NCBI GenBank assembly: GCA_016191285.1 | Contig: JACPPA010000057.1 | Span: 977 to 64,976 of the forward strand | Length of the DNA: 64,000 nucleotides | Reading direction: 5' to 3' | Source of the DNA: Gammaproteobacteria bacterium | Lineage (GTDB): Bacteria; Pseudomonadota; Gammaproteobacteria; Ga0077536 | Shown: positions 7,940-18,200 of the stretch, in pieces | How the letters are laid out: every line of letters begins with the position of its first letter | Numbering within the stretch: the stretch's first letter is position 1 | The notes under the pieces: generated by a model | What the model saw: the letters and a program-made list of their open reading frames with translations, nothing else | Told to the model about the DNA's origin: nothing | Databases searched by the model: none | Translations under genes and position numbers: made by a program

Positions 7940-10382
7940 GTGCAATCACCGCTCATTGCCACCAAGTTTGTCCCCCCCGGGCGTGCCGGCGCGCTGGTCG
8001 AGCGTCCATAGCTGTATGCGCGATTAGCCGCTAGCGCTGAGCGACGGTTGGTGTTGGTCAGTGCGCCCGCCGGTTCCGGCAAGACCAGTGCGCTCGCACA
8101 CCTCTACCACGAGCTCGGTAATAGCGACGCCGATGTTGCGTGGTTATCACTCGATGCCGATGACAACGAGCTCGCGCGTTTTCTCGCCTATGTAGTGGAG
8201 AGGCGTTGCGGCGTCGGCATGCACTGTTCGATCAGGCCACGTTGGCCCTGCTCGGTTCCGGTCCCAATCTGCCGCCCGCGATCCCGCGCAATGCTTTTCT
8301 GAACGAGATGGGGGTCTTCACGCAGCCTTGTCACTTGTTTTTCGACGATTGGCATGTGATCGGCGACGCCGAAGTCGAATCCACCGTGGAGCGTCTGTTA
8401 CTCGCGCCGTTGCCGAATGTGCACCTGTGGCGCGCAACCCGCAGCCCCGGACGCTTGCCGCTTGCGCGCCTCCGGGCGCTGGGCGATTTGGATGAGTTGG
8501 GGTCCGCTGAACTTGCATTCAGCGCCGCCGAGGCGGCGCGCTTATTCGATCTCGCCGCCGACGTCACCCTCGCACACCGCAACGTCGGCGACTTTTTGGC
8601 CGATGAAGTGTTTCGCCGCCAGGAACCCGAGTTGCAGACGTTCCTGCTGCAGACTTCCATCCTCCGTCAGTTCAGTACCGCGCTGTGTACCGCGGTCACT
8701 GGCCGCCCTGACGCACGACGGTTCCTCGATCTGATCGAAGCGCGCAACCTTTTTCTGTTTTCACTCGACAGCGAACGCGGCTGGTACCGCTACCACCATT
8801 TATTTTCGGATTTTCTGCGCAAGCGCTTGCATGAGCAGGACACGATTGCCGCCGTTGAGTGTCATCGCCGTGCGTGCGACTGGCTGAGCGGCAATGGATT
8901 TCGCGTGGACGCCATCGAGCACGCCTTCGCCGCGGCCGATCATGAGCGCGCCGGCGCCTTGTTGGATGCGGCCAGCGCCGAGTTGTCGTGGCAGTTCGAT
9001 GTGGCCCGCGCCGCGCTAGCTGACGCGCGGTGCGCTTTGGGGTCTCGTACTACGAGTCTTGCCGCCGACGACCCTGAATCGTTTTTCTGCGCGACGATTT
9101 GGGTACCGCGCTTGATCTCAGCCAGCAATGGTTAGAACAACGGCGCAGTGTAGATGCCATGATGGAGGCTTCGGCCGGCTCGATGTTGATGGCCGCGAGC
9201 CGCGAACACTTCAGCGTCACCGGAGTCAGCGCGAACGCCGCACAATTGCATCAACGCTTCGTCGACGGTGGCGCTATTTACGGCACCGTGTTCCACGACT
9301 CGATCGCGGGCTGCACGCTGTACATGCGCGGCGATCTCGAGGCCGCGGCGGCCGAGTATCTTCGCGCGCGACGCACTGCGATCCAGCTACATGGCGAAGG
9401 TTCGGTACTCGCCGCCATGCCCTCGTCGATGCTCGCCGAGCTGTGGTACGAGCACGATCGAATCGACGACGCACGTGCGCTGATCGCGCGCTACGCGCCG
9501 CTACATGGCGAACTTGGTTTCGTCGATAACCTCATCGCTGTGCACCTGACTGCCGCGCGCCTCGCGGTGCTCGATGGTGACGTCGCGCGTGCCGAACGTG
9601 AGCTGGAAGACGCCGAGCAAGCGGCGTTCTGCTACGGTTTCGAGCGCATGCTCGCCTGCATCCTCGACGAACGCGTTCGACTGGCGCTAGCGGCTGGCGA
9701 TAGTGTGCGAGCCCGCCGGCTGCTCGATGCGCCGCGCTGGCGACCCTGGCTGGAGCATCCAAAGCCGCACGCGCATTCCAATACCATCCAAATGATTGTC
9801 GTGTGTGCGGCGCTGCGGCTCGTACTCGCGGAGGGCATTGGGCAGGATGATGCGCGATTGCTGCGGGCTTGGTTTCGGCATGCCGCCGATCGTCATTGTG
9901 AGCGTGCGGCGGTACGTCTTGGCATGTTGCTGGTTCGCACTCTTGCCCAACGCGAAGGCGAGCTGGCCGCGCGGCGCGCATTGCGCGAGGTGATCGCGCT
10001 CGCTGCCCGCGGTGGTTTCGTGCGCAGCGTGGTCGACGAAGGCCATACCTTGCATGCCCTGCTCGCCGGTCTCGCGACACAAGCTGCTGAGACTAGCGCG
10101 GACGAGGCCAGCTATCTTCGGCGTCTGCTGGCCGCCTTCGGCCGTGAATCGGAACCGGCGGATACCACTGGCACGTCCGATGGCGCTGACGTGGGTCGGC
10201 GCGAACGCGAATTACTCGCGCTGGCGGAGAACGGTCTCGACAATCGCGACATCGCAGCGCGATTGGGACTCGCCGAGAGTACGGTCAAATGGTATTGGCA
10301 GCGCATCTTCACCAAGCTCGGCGTGCATCGTCGCACCCAGGCGTTGCACAAGGCGCGCCGGCTCGGCCTGCTCGAAGGGTGA
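7940..10382 (+). pseudogene. MalT/LuxR-family (AAA ATPase + TPR + LuxR HTH) transcriptional regulator, disrupted by an in-frame TAG at 8009-8011 and at least two -1 frameshifts (near 8195-8210 and 9050-9110)
   Basis: N-terminus SPLIATKFVPPGRAGALVERP*LYARLAASAERRLVLVSAPAGSGKT (Walker A); middle and TPR region spread over frames 2, 1 and 0 (ORFs 8048-8302, 8206-9135, 9099-10382); C-terminal LuxR HTH (LGLAESTVKWYWQRIFTKLGVHRRTQA). Confidence 0.7.
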
Positions 10383-10495
10383 GCGGAAGCAACGCTGTGA
10401 ATCGGGGAGCGAAATAATTTCTAATCCACAGCGCGGTGCGTAGTTTCGCGATTAGTGTTAACGCGCGATAGGTCGAGCTCCGAAACTGAACTCCG

Positions 10496-10972
10496 TTATC
10501 CCTGAGTCTCGATCCAAGTCGCGACCGCCGCGCAGAATGTGGTGAAATCGCCGGTACGTACACTCGCAAGTTCATATAGACGGTCGAAATCGACGACGCC
10601 ATATTGATGCGCGAGTAGATTCCGTAGTCCCGTTGCGGCCCGCATCCGGACGGCGAGATCGGACCCCAGAACGCCGTGATCGGCGAGCACGGTGAATGAT
10701 TCCGCGTACGTTTTCGGCACGCCCCAACCCGCGTCGGCCAACACGTGCGATGCAAGCGCCACACACTCTTGAATCGCGACAAACAGATTTAGCGCGACGA
10801 CTTCGCGCGCGGTACGATCGGCGCGAAATGCATCCAGCGTTCGGGGCAATATCGCGTGCATCCGCTCGACCGCGTCGCGGATCATGGCAATTTTCGCCGC
10901 CAGGACCGCGCTATCGACCACGCGCTGCCGCCGTGATAACGCCCCGCGCGCATAACGCTTCGAACGGCGCAA
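10496..10972 (-). CDS. hepT: HepT-like (DUF86) toxin of a type VII HepT/MntA toxin-antitoxin pair; true start probably downstream of the ORF-track start
   Basis: RNLLAHQY (Rx4HxY) motif; overlaps the 3' end of the upstream nucleotidyltransferase gene. Confidence 0.7.
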   Translation of the reverse strand: MRRSKRYARGALSRRQRVVDSAVLAAKIAMIRDAVERMHAILPRTLDAFRADRTAREVVALNLFVAIQECVALASHVLADAGWGVPKTYAESFTVLADHGVLGSDLAVRMRAATGLRNLLAHQYGVVDFDRLYELASVRTGDFTTFCAAVATWIETQG

Positions 10973-11303
10973 AGTCTAGATATTCGAGGATCGCGCGAAC
11001 TTTGCGCGCGACGAAGGCGCGATGGTTGTGTTCCACAAGTAGTTGCCCTTCAGCGAATATCCGGTAAGCAACGGCAGGCGGCGCTTCATCCGCCAAGACT
11101 AAGTCGATCGCATGCCCAGTGTCGCGCTCCAGATCGGCCGCCAGTTCGCCCAGCTCCTGAACCGACATCCGCGCGTCGGGCTCAAACCCGAGCGCGATGT
11201 CCAAGTCACTTGCTTCGCTAGCGCTCCCCCGCGCTCGCGAACCGAACAGCAGCGCGTAGGCGATGCGGGGATCGGCGCGGAGTCTGGCAGTTAGTGCATC
11301 CAT
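10911..11303 (-). CDS. mntA: MntA-type nucleotidyltransferase antitoxin
   Basis: GSRARGSASEASDLDIA (GSx10DxD) minimal nucleotidyltransferase motif; 130 aa; directly upstream of and overlapping hepT. Confidence 0.8.
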   Translation of the reverse strand: MDALTARLRADPRIAYALLFGSRARGSASEASDLDIALGFEPDARMSVQELGELAADLERDTGHAIDLVLADEAPPAVAYRIFAEGQLLVEHNHRAFVARKVRAILEYLDFAPFEALCARGVITAAARGR

Positions 11304-11494
11304 ACTAAAAATGTAGCACAGCCCGCTACCGCGGGGCTGCTTTCCCCTGTCGATTTTCGAATTAGCGCGAGCCGCTTGATCGATTGCCCCAGCGTCGAGG
11401 CGATAAGCTTAAGGCGGACAGACCGCCTGATCGCGGCCTGTCATGAATAGGTTGACCGTTTCCAAGCGCATTTCCGATAAGTAACATCCACCAG

Positions 11495-12475
11495 ATGCGC
11501 ATCGCACTTTGCAGCCGCGGTTTCACACGGCTCTTCCAAATTCTGACCGAGTACCTACCTGATGATGAACTCATCGAGTGTGTCGACAGTGAAGTGATCG
11601 CCATCGCCAAGGAGGTGGATGTGTTCATTCCGGTGGTGGCGCGGATCCCCGCGGCGGCGTTTGCGGCGCCTCGCCTCAAACTCGTACAGCAATATGGGGT
11701 TGGCCTCGACAGTATCGATATTCCGGCGGCGACGCGCGCCGGGGTGTTGATTGCGAACGTGCCGAGCGTCGGGACCGGCAACGCCGAGTCAGTGGCCGAA
11801 CTCGCCATCGCGCACATGCTGATGCTGTCACGACAGATGCCGACCGCATGGCGCCGGTTTCGTGAGAAGCGCCTTAGTTCGCCACTCGGTAATTGTTTGT
11901 GGCGGAGCACCGTGCTTATTCTCGGCTACGGCGGGATCGGCGAGGAAATCGCGCGCCGCCTGATGGGGTTTGGCGTGCACCTTATCGCGGTGTCGCGTCA
12001 CGGGCCGAGCAGGGCGCGCGATCATGATCCGGCGGTGCACGTCGATTTGCATGTTGGCGCCGAGGCGCTCGGCGAGGTGCTCGGCGAAGCGGATTATGTG
12101 GTCGTCGCGGCGCCGGCGTCGCCGGAAAATATTGGGCTCGTTAGCGCTGCAATGTTCGCGCGGATGAAACCGGGCGCGTACATCGTCAACATCGCGCGAG
12201 GTCCGGTGATCGATTACGACGCACTGCTCGCCGCGCTGCGGGAAGGCCGAGTCGCCGGCGCCGGGCTGGACGTGTTCTGGCAGGAACCCTTCGATCCAGA
12301 CGATCCGCTGCTTAACGAAAACGTGATCGCTACACCTCATGTGGGCGGCGCGACGGAACGCAGCCTGACGGGAATTGGTAAAGCGGTGGCGGCGAACATC
12401 GACCGCATACGTCGCGGTGAATTACCGCTGTGTTGCATCAACCCGGAAGCGGGGCGGAGCAGGCTTCGCGGTTAG
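11495..12475 (+). CDS. D-isomer-specific 2-hydroxyacid dehydrogenase family (NAD-binding)
   Basis: GYGGIGEEIARRL glycine-rich NAD motif; VNIARGPVID...ATPHVGGAT catalytic region. Confidence 0.88.
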   Translation: MRIALCSRGFTRLFQILTEYLPDDELIECVDSEVIAIAKEVDVFIPVVARIPAAAFAAPRLKLVQQYGVGLDSIDIPAATRAGVLIANVPSVGTGNAESVAELAIAHMLMLSRQMPTAWRRFREKRLSSPLGNCLWRSTVLILGYGGIGEEIARRLMGFGVHLIAVSRHGPSRARDHDPAVHVDLHVGAEALGEVLGEADYVVVAAPASPENIGLVSAAMFARMKPGAYIVNIARGPVIDYDALLAALREGRVAGAGLDVFWQEPFDPDDPLLNENVIATPHVGGATERSLTGIGKAVAANIDRIRRGELPLCCINPEAGRSRLRG

Positions 12476-12522
12476 TCAGTGTGCCCGTGCAACGGCCTTC
12501 GAGTAATCATCGCCTTGATTTC

Positions 12523-12586
12523 GTAGGAGCCGCCTTAGCGGCGAATCTTCATCGCGAGATCTATTCGCGGATAAAGCCGGTTCCAC
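12523..12586. repeat. REP-like palindromic element, degenerate copy
   Basis: gtaggagccgccttagcggcgaatcttcat...attcgcggataaagccggttccac; arms pair with mismatches. Confidence 0.6.
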
Positions 12587-12638
12587 AACAGCAATGCGCC
12601 GATTAATCGCTGGGGTTGACGTCGCGTAGCCGCGCATT

Positions 12639-12703
12639 GTGGGAGCCGCTTTAGCGGCGAACAGGACATTCGAAGGAAGATTCGCCGCTAAAGCGGCTCC
12701 CAC
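12639..12703. repeat. REP-like palindromic element, canonical copy
   Basis: gtgggagccgctttagcggcgaac ... attcgccgctaaagcggctcccac; 23-bp perfect inverted arms. Confidence 0.8.
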
Positions 12704-12813
12704 GGTGCGCGATGTTAAGAGCACCATGCACGGTCATTAAAAGCGCCGATTGCCACAACCTCGAGCATCCAGTCAAATAAACGCCCTAAGCAAAATAAGT
12801 AAGGAGTCTTCTC

Positions 12814-13896
12814 ATGCAATTCGGAATTGGCGTCAGCACGCACATCAACAATTGGGACATCATCCGTTACGCCGAGGAACTCGGTTACGACCGCGCGTGG
12901 ATCGGCGACTCGCAGATGATCTGGTCGGATTGCTACGCGACGATGGCGCTCGCCGCGCATCACACGCAGCGCATTCAAATCGGCACGGGTGTTTCCATCA
13001 CCGGCACGCGTATCGCACCGGTGACCGCGCATTCCATTGCGAGTATCAACGCCATCGCGCCGGGACGCACGTTTCTCGGCCTTGGCACTGGCCACACGGC
13101 GATGCGGGTCATGGGCCAGGATCCGATGCGGGTCGGCGAATTCCGCGAATACCTGCGCGTGGTGCGGGCGTTGCTCGACGGCGAGGCGGTTGACTATACC
13201 TACCACGGCAACACACGTGAGATTCAATTCCTGCATCGCGACCGGCACTTTATCGATCTCGATCACCGCATTCCTATCTACGTCGCCGCCAACGGTCCCA
13301 AAGCCTTGGAAGCGACTGGCGCCTTCGGCGATGGCTGGATCACCGTTGGCGGCGAACCCGAAGTCGTCGCGCCCAAATTAGCCCACATCAAAACTGGCGC
13401 CGCCACGGCGGGCCGCACGCTGCCGGCGAACTTCCACACGGCCTTCATCAGCTCGAGCTGTGTGCTGCGGCCCGGCGATAAGTTGACAGACGCTCGTATC
13501 ATCAACGAAACCGGCAGCTGGGTGGCGTGCGAACTGCATTTCTTCTACGAGGTGTGGAAGGATCTGGGTTGCAAGGACGAAGTGGTGCCGCCGCATTTCC
13601 AAGGCATCTGGGCTGACTATCTAAAGCACGTCGAAAAAATGACCTTCCCCGAGCGTTCGCGTTTCCGGCAAATTCACGACGGTCACCTCGTTTACCTGCA
13701 ACCGGACGAGCGCCGGTTCATCACCCCGGATGCGATCAAATCCAGCGCGCTGGTCGGGGAGCCCGACGAGCTCATCGAACATATTCGCCGTCTCGAAAAA
13801 GGCGGCATCAAAGAACTCGATCTATGGCCGCCGATGGATTGCGAGCGCAAAGTGCTGCGCGATTTTGCGGAGTACGTGATGCCGGCGTTTCGGTGA
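12814..13896 (+). CDS. LLM-class flavin-dependent oxidoreductase (luciferase-like monooxygenase; FMN or F420 type)
   Basis: 360 aa; LLM TIM-barrel pattern; strong SD aaggag 8 nt upstream of the ATG. Confidence 0.85.
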   Translation: MQFGIGVSTHINNWDIIRYAEELGYDRAWIGDSQMIWSDCYATMALAAHHTQRIQIGTGVSITGTRIAPVTAHSIASINAIAPGRTFLGLGTGHTAMRVMGQDPMRVGEFREYLRVVRALLDGEAVDYTYHGNTREIQFLHRDRHFIDLDHRIPIYVAANGPKALEATGAFGDGWITVGGEPEVVAPKLAHIKTGAATAGRTLPANFHTAFISSSCVLRPGDKLTDARIINETGSWVACELHFFYEVWKDLGCKDEVVPPHFQGIWADYLKHVEKMTFPERSRFRQIHDGHLVYLQPDERRFITPDAIKSSALVGEPDELIEHIRRLEKGGIKELDLWPPMDCERKVLRDFAEYVMPAFR

Positions 13897-13941
13897 GCCG
13901 TTCGCGACGCGCTCCTCTTAAGAACGTTGAGGAATCAATGC

Positions 13942-14955
13942 ATGGCCGTCATTTTTATTGCGAGCGAAAGCGCGATGTCTTCACTGAAGGATGAACGATT
14001 GGGAGTGGTGCTGTCGACGGTCACCGAGGCGGAAGTCGGCGAATTAATCGAACTCGGTCAGCTCGCGGAAGCACAGGGCTTCGATGCGGTGCTGGTGAAC
14101 GAGGGGCGCGGCGACGCGTTGGCGGCGAGCCAAGCGATTGCGGCCGCGACTGCGCGCGTTACGGTCGGCACCAACATCGCAAACATTTACTTCCGCCACC
14201 CCTTCCTGTGTGCCGCCACCGCGCGGACGATTGCGTCACTCTCCGCTGGACGCTTGCTGCTCGGTCTTGGCATGAGTCATCGTGCCATGCTCGCCTCGCT
14301 CGGCATCGACATGGGCGAGGCACGGCCAACGCTCCGGCGCTATGTGGAGTTCGTCAAAAATGCGCTCGCCGGCAAGGCCACGCAGGGATTTCTTAATCCG
14401 CCGCCATCGACGCATCAGGTTCCGGTTTATGTCGCCGGCAATACCATTGAGAGCGCGGCGGTGGCGGGCGCGGTTGGCGATGGCCTCATGCCGTTTCTAT
14501 CGCCGCTCGGCTATCTACCGACTTTGATCGAAGCGGCGCATATGGCGGCCGTCGATGCCGGACGCAATACTGCCGATTTTGGTTGCTGTCTAAGTATTCC
14601 GACCTTCGTCGCGGAGGACGAAGACGCCGCGCGCTCGGCGGCACGCTACAACCTGGCCTTCTTTGCGCAGCTGCCAAACTATCGCCGGCAATGGCGGCGC
14701 GCCGGTTACGGCACGGCCATGGACGCGGTGCAGGAAACGTGGAAATCGGGGCAACGCCGCGAAGCCGCACGCCAGATCCCGGATGAACTGGTTGAAGAAG
14801 TCTGTGTGTTTGGCGCCGCCGCGCGCTGTCGCGTACAACTCGCGGCGTTTCGCGCGGCAGGCGTTGACCTGCCGGTTATTGCCGTCAGCCCGGTCAACGA
14901 AGATCGGGTGACCGCGACGCGCAAGGCGCTCGTCGCGCTTGCGCCCACGCGCTGA
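13942..14955 (+). CDS. LLM-class flavin-dependent oxidoreductase (second copy)
   Basis: LLM pattern; ATG at 13942 preceded by gaggaa; ORF-track start at 13927 is an alternate TTG. Confidence 0.8.
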   Translation: MAVIFIASESAMSSLKDERLGVVLSTVTEAEVGELIELGQLAEAQGFDAVLVNEGRGDALAASQAIAAATARVTVGTNIANIYFRHPFLCAATARTIASLSAGRLLLGLGMSHRAMLASLGIDMGEARPTLRRYVEFVKNALAGKATQGFLNPPPSTHQVPVYVAGNTIESAAVAGAVGDGLMPFLSPLGYLPTLIEAAHMAAVDAGRNTADFGCCLSIPTFVAEDEDAARSAARYNLAFFAQLPNYRRQWRRAGYGTAMDAVQETWKSGQRREAARQIPDELVEEVCVFGAAARCRVQLAAFRAAGVDLPVIAVSPVNEDRVTATRKALVALAPTR

Positions 14956-14997
14956 AATTCAGCGCTTCTGTGGATGCCGGAACCGCCACCGGCCGCA

Positions 14998-16740
14998 CTA
15001 TCGCTCGACGATCGGCAGCACCAGGTGCGAAGGGTGGCTGCCATCGTGCCATACGCGATTGGTGGCGACGATGAAATCTTTTTCGGATTCGGTCGCGATC
15101 ACACCTCCGGTATTGGTATTGCGATCGAAACGCGGAAAGTTGCTGCTAGAGATTTCAAGCCGGATGCGATGTCCGGCGCGGAATAAATTAGCAGTCGCAA
15201 CGAGATCGATGTGCAGCTCGTAGACAGTGCCCGGTTGAAGCGGCTGTGGGCTCGACAACGAATTCCGATAGCGGGCGCGCAGGATGCCGTCGGTCAGAAT
15301 GATGGCGCGGCCATCCGCGTGAACGTCGACCAGCTTGCCGGTGAAATCCGTGTCTAACGCCGACGAGCTCGCATACAAAACCAACGTCACGGGGCCAGTG
15401 ACTTCAACATCCCGCGTCAGCACCTCGCTGGTGTAGCACAGCACATCGGCGCGGGCTTCGAGCGCGCGCTGATCGCGCGGGCCGGCGTTGGCGGCGATAA
15501 ACAATCCAGGTAGAAACGTCGCGCCGCCGCAGGTCGGTACCGGATCGCGTGGGTCGTATAAGTAAGTATCGGCGGGCTCGGCGGAAGGTATCGTGGGGCT
15601 GAGCCTACCATCGCCGCTAACACTGTTCCCACGTCCGCCGCTGTGCAGATACCAACGCGCGTAACGCGTGTCGGGCAACGGCCAATCTGTTTCTTCGCGC
15701 CATTCATCGCGACCCATGATGAAGAGCTTGACCGGCTTGGCGCTTGCGACGCCGTTATCGAGGCCCTTCAACCAATGATCGAACCACCTAATCTGCGCGG
15801 CCGTGACATCGGCCACCGCATCATGCGCGAGCAGACCGAAATTATGCTCGGGGTAAACGCCGCCGTTGTAACCATGCACCCACGGTCCGATGAAGAGGTG
15901 CTGGTGAGAACGCGCAGCGGGACTGCCGCCACGCGCTTTCATGCCGAGGTAATTGGCGAGCGTCCCGCCCAAGAACAGATCGTACCAGCCGCCGAAATTG
16001 AGCGCCGGCGCAGTGATCTGTTCGTAGTGTTCGCACGGCGCCACGGCGCGCCAATAGTCGTCATAGGTCGGGTGCGCGAGCCAGTCGAGATAATAGGGCG
16101 TGAGATCGTTGAGTTGTGGTACGTCGATCAACGGAAGGTGGGCGTAGTGCTTGGCGACAGCATCGGCTGCGGCGACTGCGCCAACAAAATCCGCGCCACT
16201 CGCGCGCCCTTGACCGAGCCGACGTACCACTTCTCCGAGCCCGAAGGTCCCGCTCGCCCATTGCAGCATAAAGCCGAGCTGAAACGCGCCGCCTTGGTAG
16301 GTCCAGCCGTTGTAATACTGATCCGTGGTGATGAACGGCGCCATGGCGCGCAAGGCCGGCGGTTGCTTGGCCGCGGCCAGCCATTGTGTCGCGCCGAAAT
16401 AAGACGCGCCCATGGTGCCAACCACGCCGCTGCACCAGGGTTGTTTGGCCGCCCAGGCAATGGCATCGACACCGTCTTCGGCCTCCTGGAAATAAGGATT
16501 GAATTCGCCGCCGGACGCATAAGTCCCGCGGCAATCCTGCACGACCGCTACATACCCGGCCTGCGCCACGCGGAAGATGTCACCAGACAAGGTCAACAAC
16601 ACCGGGTTTTCCTTGTTGTACGGCAATCGCATCATCACTGCGGGCAGGGGCGTGTCCGTGACGGGTCGATAAAGATCGGTGGCGAGTTCGATGCCGTCGC
16701 GCATGGCGACGCGGATATTTTTTTCGATGGTGATGTTCAT
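14998..16740 (-). CDS. CocE/NonD family hydrolase (X-Pro dipeptidyl-peptidase S15-like alpha/beta hydrolase)
   Basis: 580 aa; N-terminal alpha/beta-hydrolase region (GYVAVVQDCRGTYASGGEF..) and C-terminal beta-sandwich. Confidence 0.85.
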   Translation of the reverse strand: MNITIEKNIRVAMRDGIELATDLYRPVTDTPLPAVMMRLPYNKENPVLLTLSGDIFRVAQAGYVAVVQDCRGTYASGGEFNPYFQEAEDGVDAIAWAAKQPWCSGVVGTMGASYFGATQWLAAAKQPPALRAMAPFITTDQYYNGWTYQGGAFQLGFMLQWASGTFGLGEVVRRLGQGRASGADFVGAVAAADAVAKHYAHLPLIDVPQLNDLTPYYLDWLAHPTYDDYWRAVAPCEHYEQITAPALNFGGWYDLFLGGTLANYLGMKARGGSPAARSHQHLFIGPWVHGYNGGVYPEHNFGLLAHDAVADVTAAQIRWFDHWLKGLDNGVASAKPVKLFIMGRDEWREETDWPLPDTRYARWYLHSGGRGNSVSGDGRLSPTIPSAEPADTYLYDPRDPVPTCGGATFLPGLFIAANAGPRDQRALEARADVLCYTSEVLTRDVEVTGPVTLVLYASSSALDTDFTGKLVDVHADGRAIILTDGILRARYRNSLSSPQPLQPGTVYELHIDLVATANLFRAGHRIRLEISSSNFPRFDRNTNTGGVIATESEKDFIVATNRVWHDGSHPSHLVLPIVER

Positions 16741-16916
16741 GAGTGCAATCAGACTGGTGGAGAAGGCGTTATTCTTGCGCTGAATCGACGCTAAGGCGAG
16801 CGTGGAGCCGTCGACTGCACCCGGTACAGCGATCCAACGTGGACGTTCAAGCTCTCGCCGAAGCTAATGCAGCTCTGCTATGGTTCAGATCTGAATCGCG
16901 CCGAGAGAGGAAACCC

Positions 16917-17480
16917 ATGCGTCCCGCCAAGCCACGAGTGACACCACTCGCGCCGAGCGAGTGGTCGGCTGATCAAAAAAATCTACTCGAGCCGTTCGTC
17001 AAGAACGGACCGGTGTGGAATGTGTTCAAGACCTTGGTGCGGCACACCAGCCTCTTCAAGCGCTGGCTGCCCTTCGCCAACCATGTGCTGTTCAAGCAAA
17101 CGCTGACCCCGCGCGATCGCGAGATGTTGATCTTGCGTATCGGTTGGTTGTGTCGCGCGCCCTATGAGTGGACTCAGCACGTGCAAATCGGACTCCGTTC
17201 CGGCATCAGCGAAGCCGAGATCGAACGGATCGCGGACGGTCCAGACGCGCCGGGTTGGAATGAACACGATGCAGCGCTGGTGCGCGCGGCCGATGAATTG
17301 CGTAAGGAGTGCTGTCTCTCGGACAGCACTTGGAACACGCTCGGCAAACGCTATTCAACCGAGCAACTGATCGATGTGGTCTTCACGGTGGGTCAGTACA
17401 ATCTCGTGTCGATGGCGCTCAATACTTTCGGCGTGGAACTCGACGACGAACTGCCACGCTTTCATCGCATCCCCAATTAA
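16917..17480 (+). CDS. Carboxymuconolactone decarboxylase (AhpD-like) family protein
   Basis: ATG at 16917 preceded by gagagagg; CMD-family pattern; upstream part of the longer ORF overlaps the convergent CocE gene. Confidence 0.8.
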   Translation: MRPAKPRVTPLAPSEWSADQKNLLEPFVKNGPVWNVFKTLVRHTSLFKRWLPFANHVLFKQTLTPRDREMLILRIGWLCRAPYEWTQHVQIGLRSGISEAEIERIADGPDAPGWNEHDAALVRAADELRKECCLSDSTWNTLGKRYSTEQLIDVVFTVGQYNLVSMALNTFGVELDDELPRFHRIPN

Positions 17481-17500
17481 ACCAAGAGGACAACACCATA

Positions 17501-17959
17501 ATGCGCATCATCCAAACTCCGAAAGACGTGAAGCACCACATCGGCGAAGAATTTGGGGTTTCCGAGTGGGTCACCGTCGATCAGACCATGATCGACAAGT
17601 TCGCCGAGGCCACCGGCGATCATCAGTGGATTCATGTCGATGTCGCGCGCGCCAAGCAGGAGATGCCGAATGGCAAGACCATCGCCCACGGTTTTCTGAC
17701 CTTGTCGCTGGCGCCGCGACTGAGCGCCACGATTTGGAAGATCGAGCATCGCAGCAGAGGTCTCAATTACGGCCTAAACAAAGTGCGATTCACCGCGCCG
17801 GTGCCGGCGGGTTCGCGCGTGCGCTTGCGTCAAAAGCTACTTGCGGTGGACGACGTGAAGGACGGCGGCATCCGCATGACCTTCGAGAACTTGATTGAGA
17901 TCGAGGATCAGACTCAGCCGGCATTAATTGCCGAGGCGTTGAGCATTGCTTATCCGTGA
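17501..17959 (+). CDS. MaoC-like (R)-specific hydratase/dehydratase
   Basis: ATG at 17501 preceded by aagagga; hot-dog fold pattern DHQWIHVD...GKTIAHGFLT. Confidence 0.85.
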   Translation: MRIIQTPKDVKHHIGEEFGVSEWVTVDQTMIDKFAEATGDHQWIHVDVARAKQEMPNGKTIAHGFLTLSLAPRLSATIWKIEHRSRGLNYGLNKVRFTAPVPAGSRVRLRQKLLAVDDVKDGGIRMTFENLIEIEDQTQPALIAEALSIAYP

Positions 17960-18200
17960 GTGACTCGTCCGGATATTCCCCTGGCAATTTCTCGGCGCGC
18001 CCCGCTCGGTACGAATGCCGGAATAGCGGACCCGAATAGCCGCACGCGCACTCGAGAATAGGCAATGAAGAATCCGCATCCATGCGCTTCCAGTCTGTTC
18101 GCCGACCAAGTTATCCGAATGTATGACGACCCGGTAACGGGCTGCCTGATCATCAGGTTTTGCCGATGCGGAATAGACGTCGCGTGCGGATGGCACTTAA

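Noticed and set aside
11362-11910. 182-aa ORF antisense to the D-2-hydroxyacid dehydrogenase gene
   Set aside because: Low-complexity Ser/Ala/Arg-rich translation, fully embedded antisense in a well-supported gene; a typical high-GC spurious ORF.
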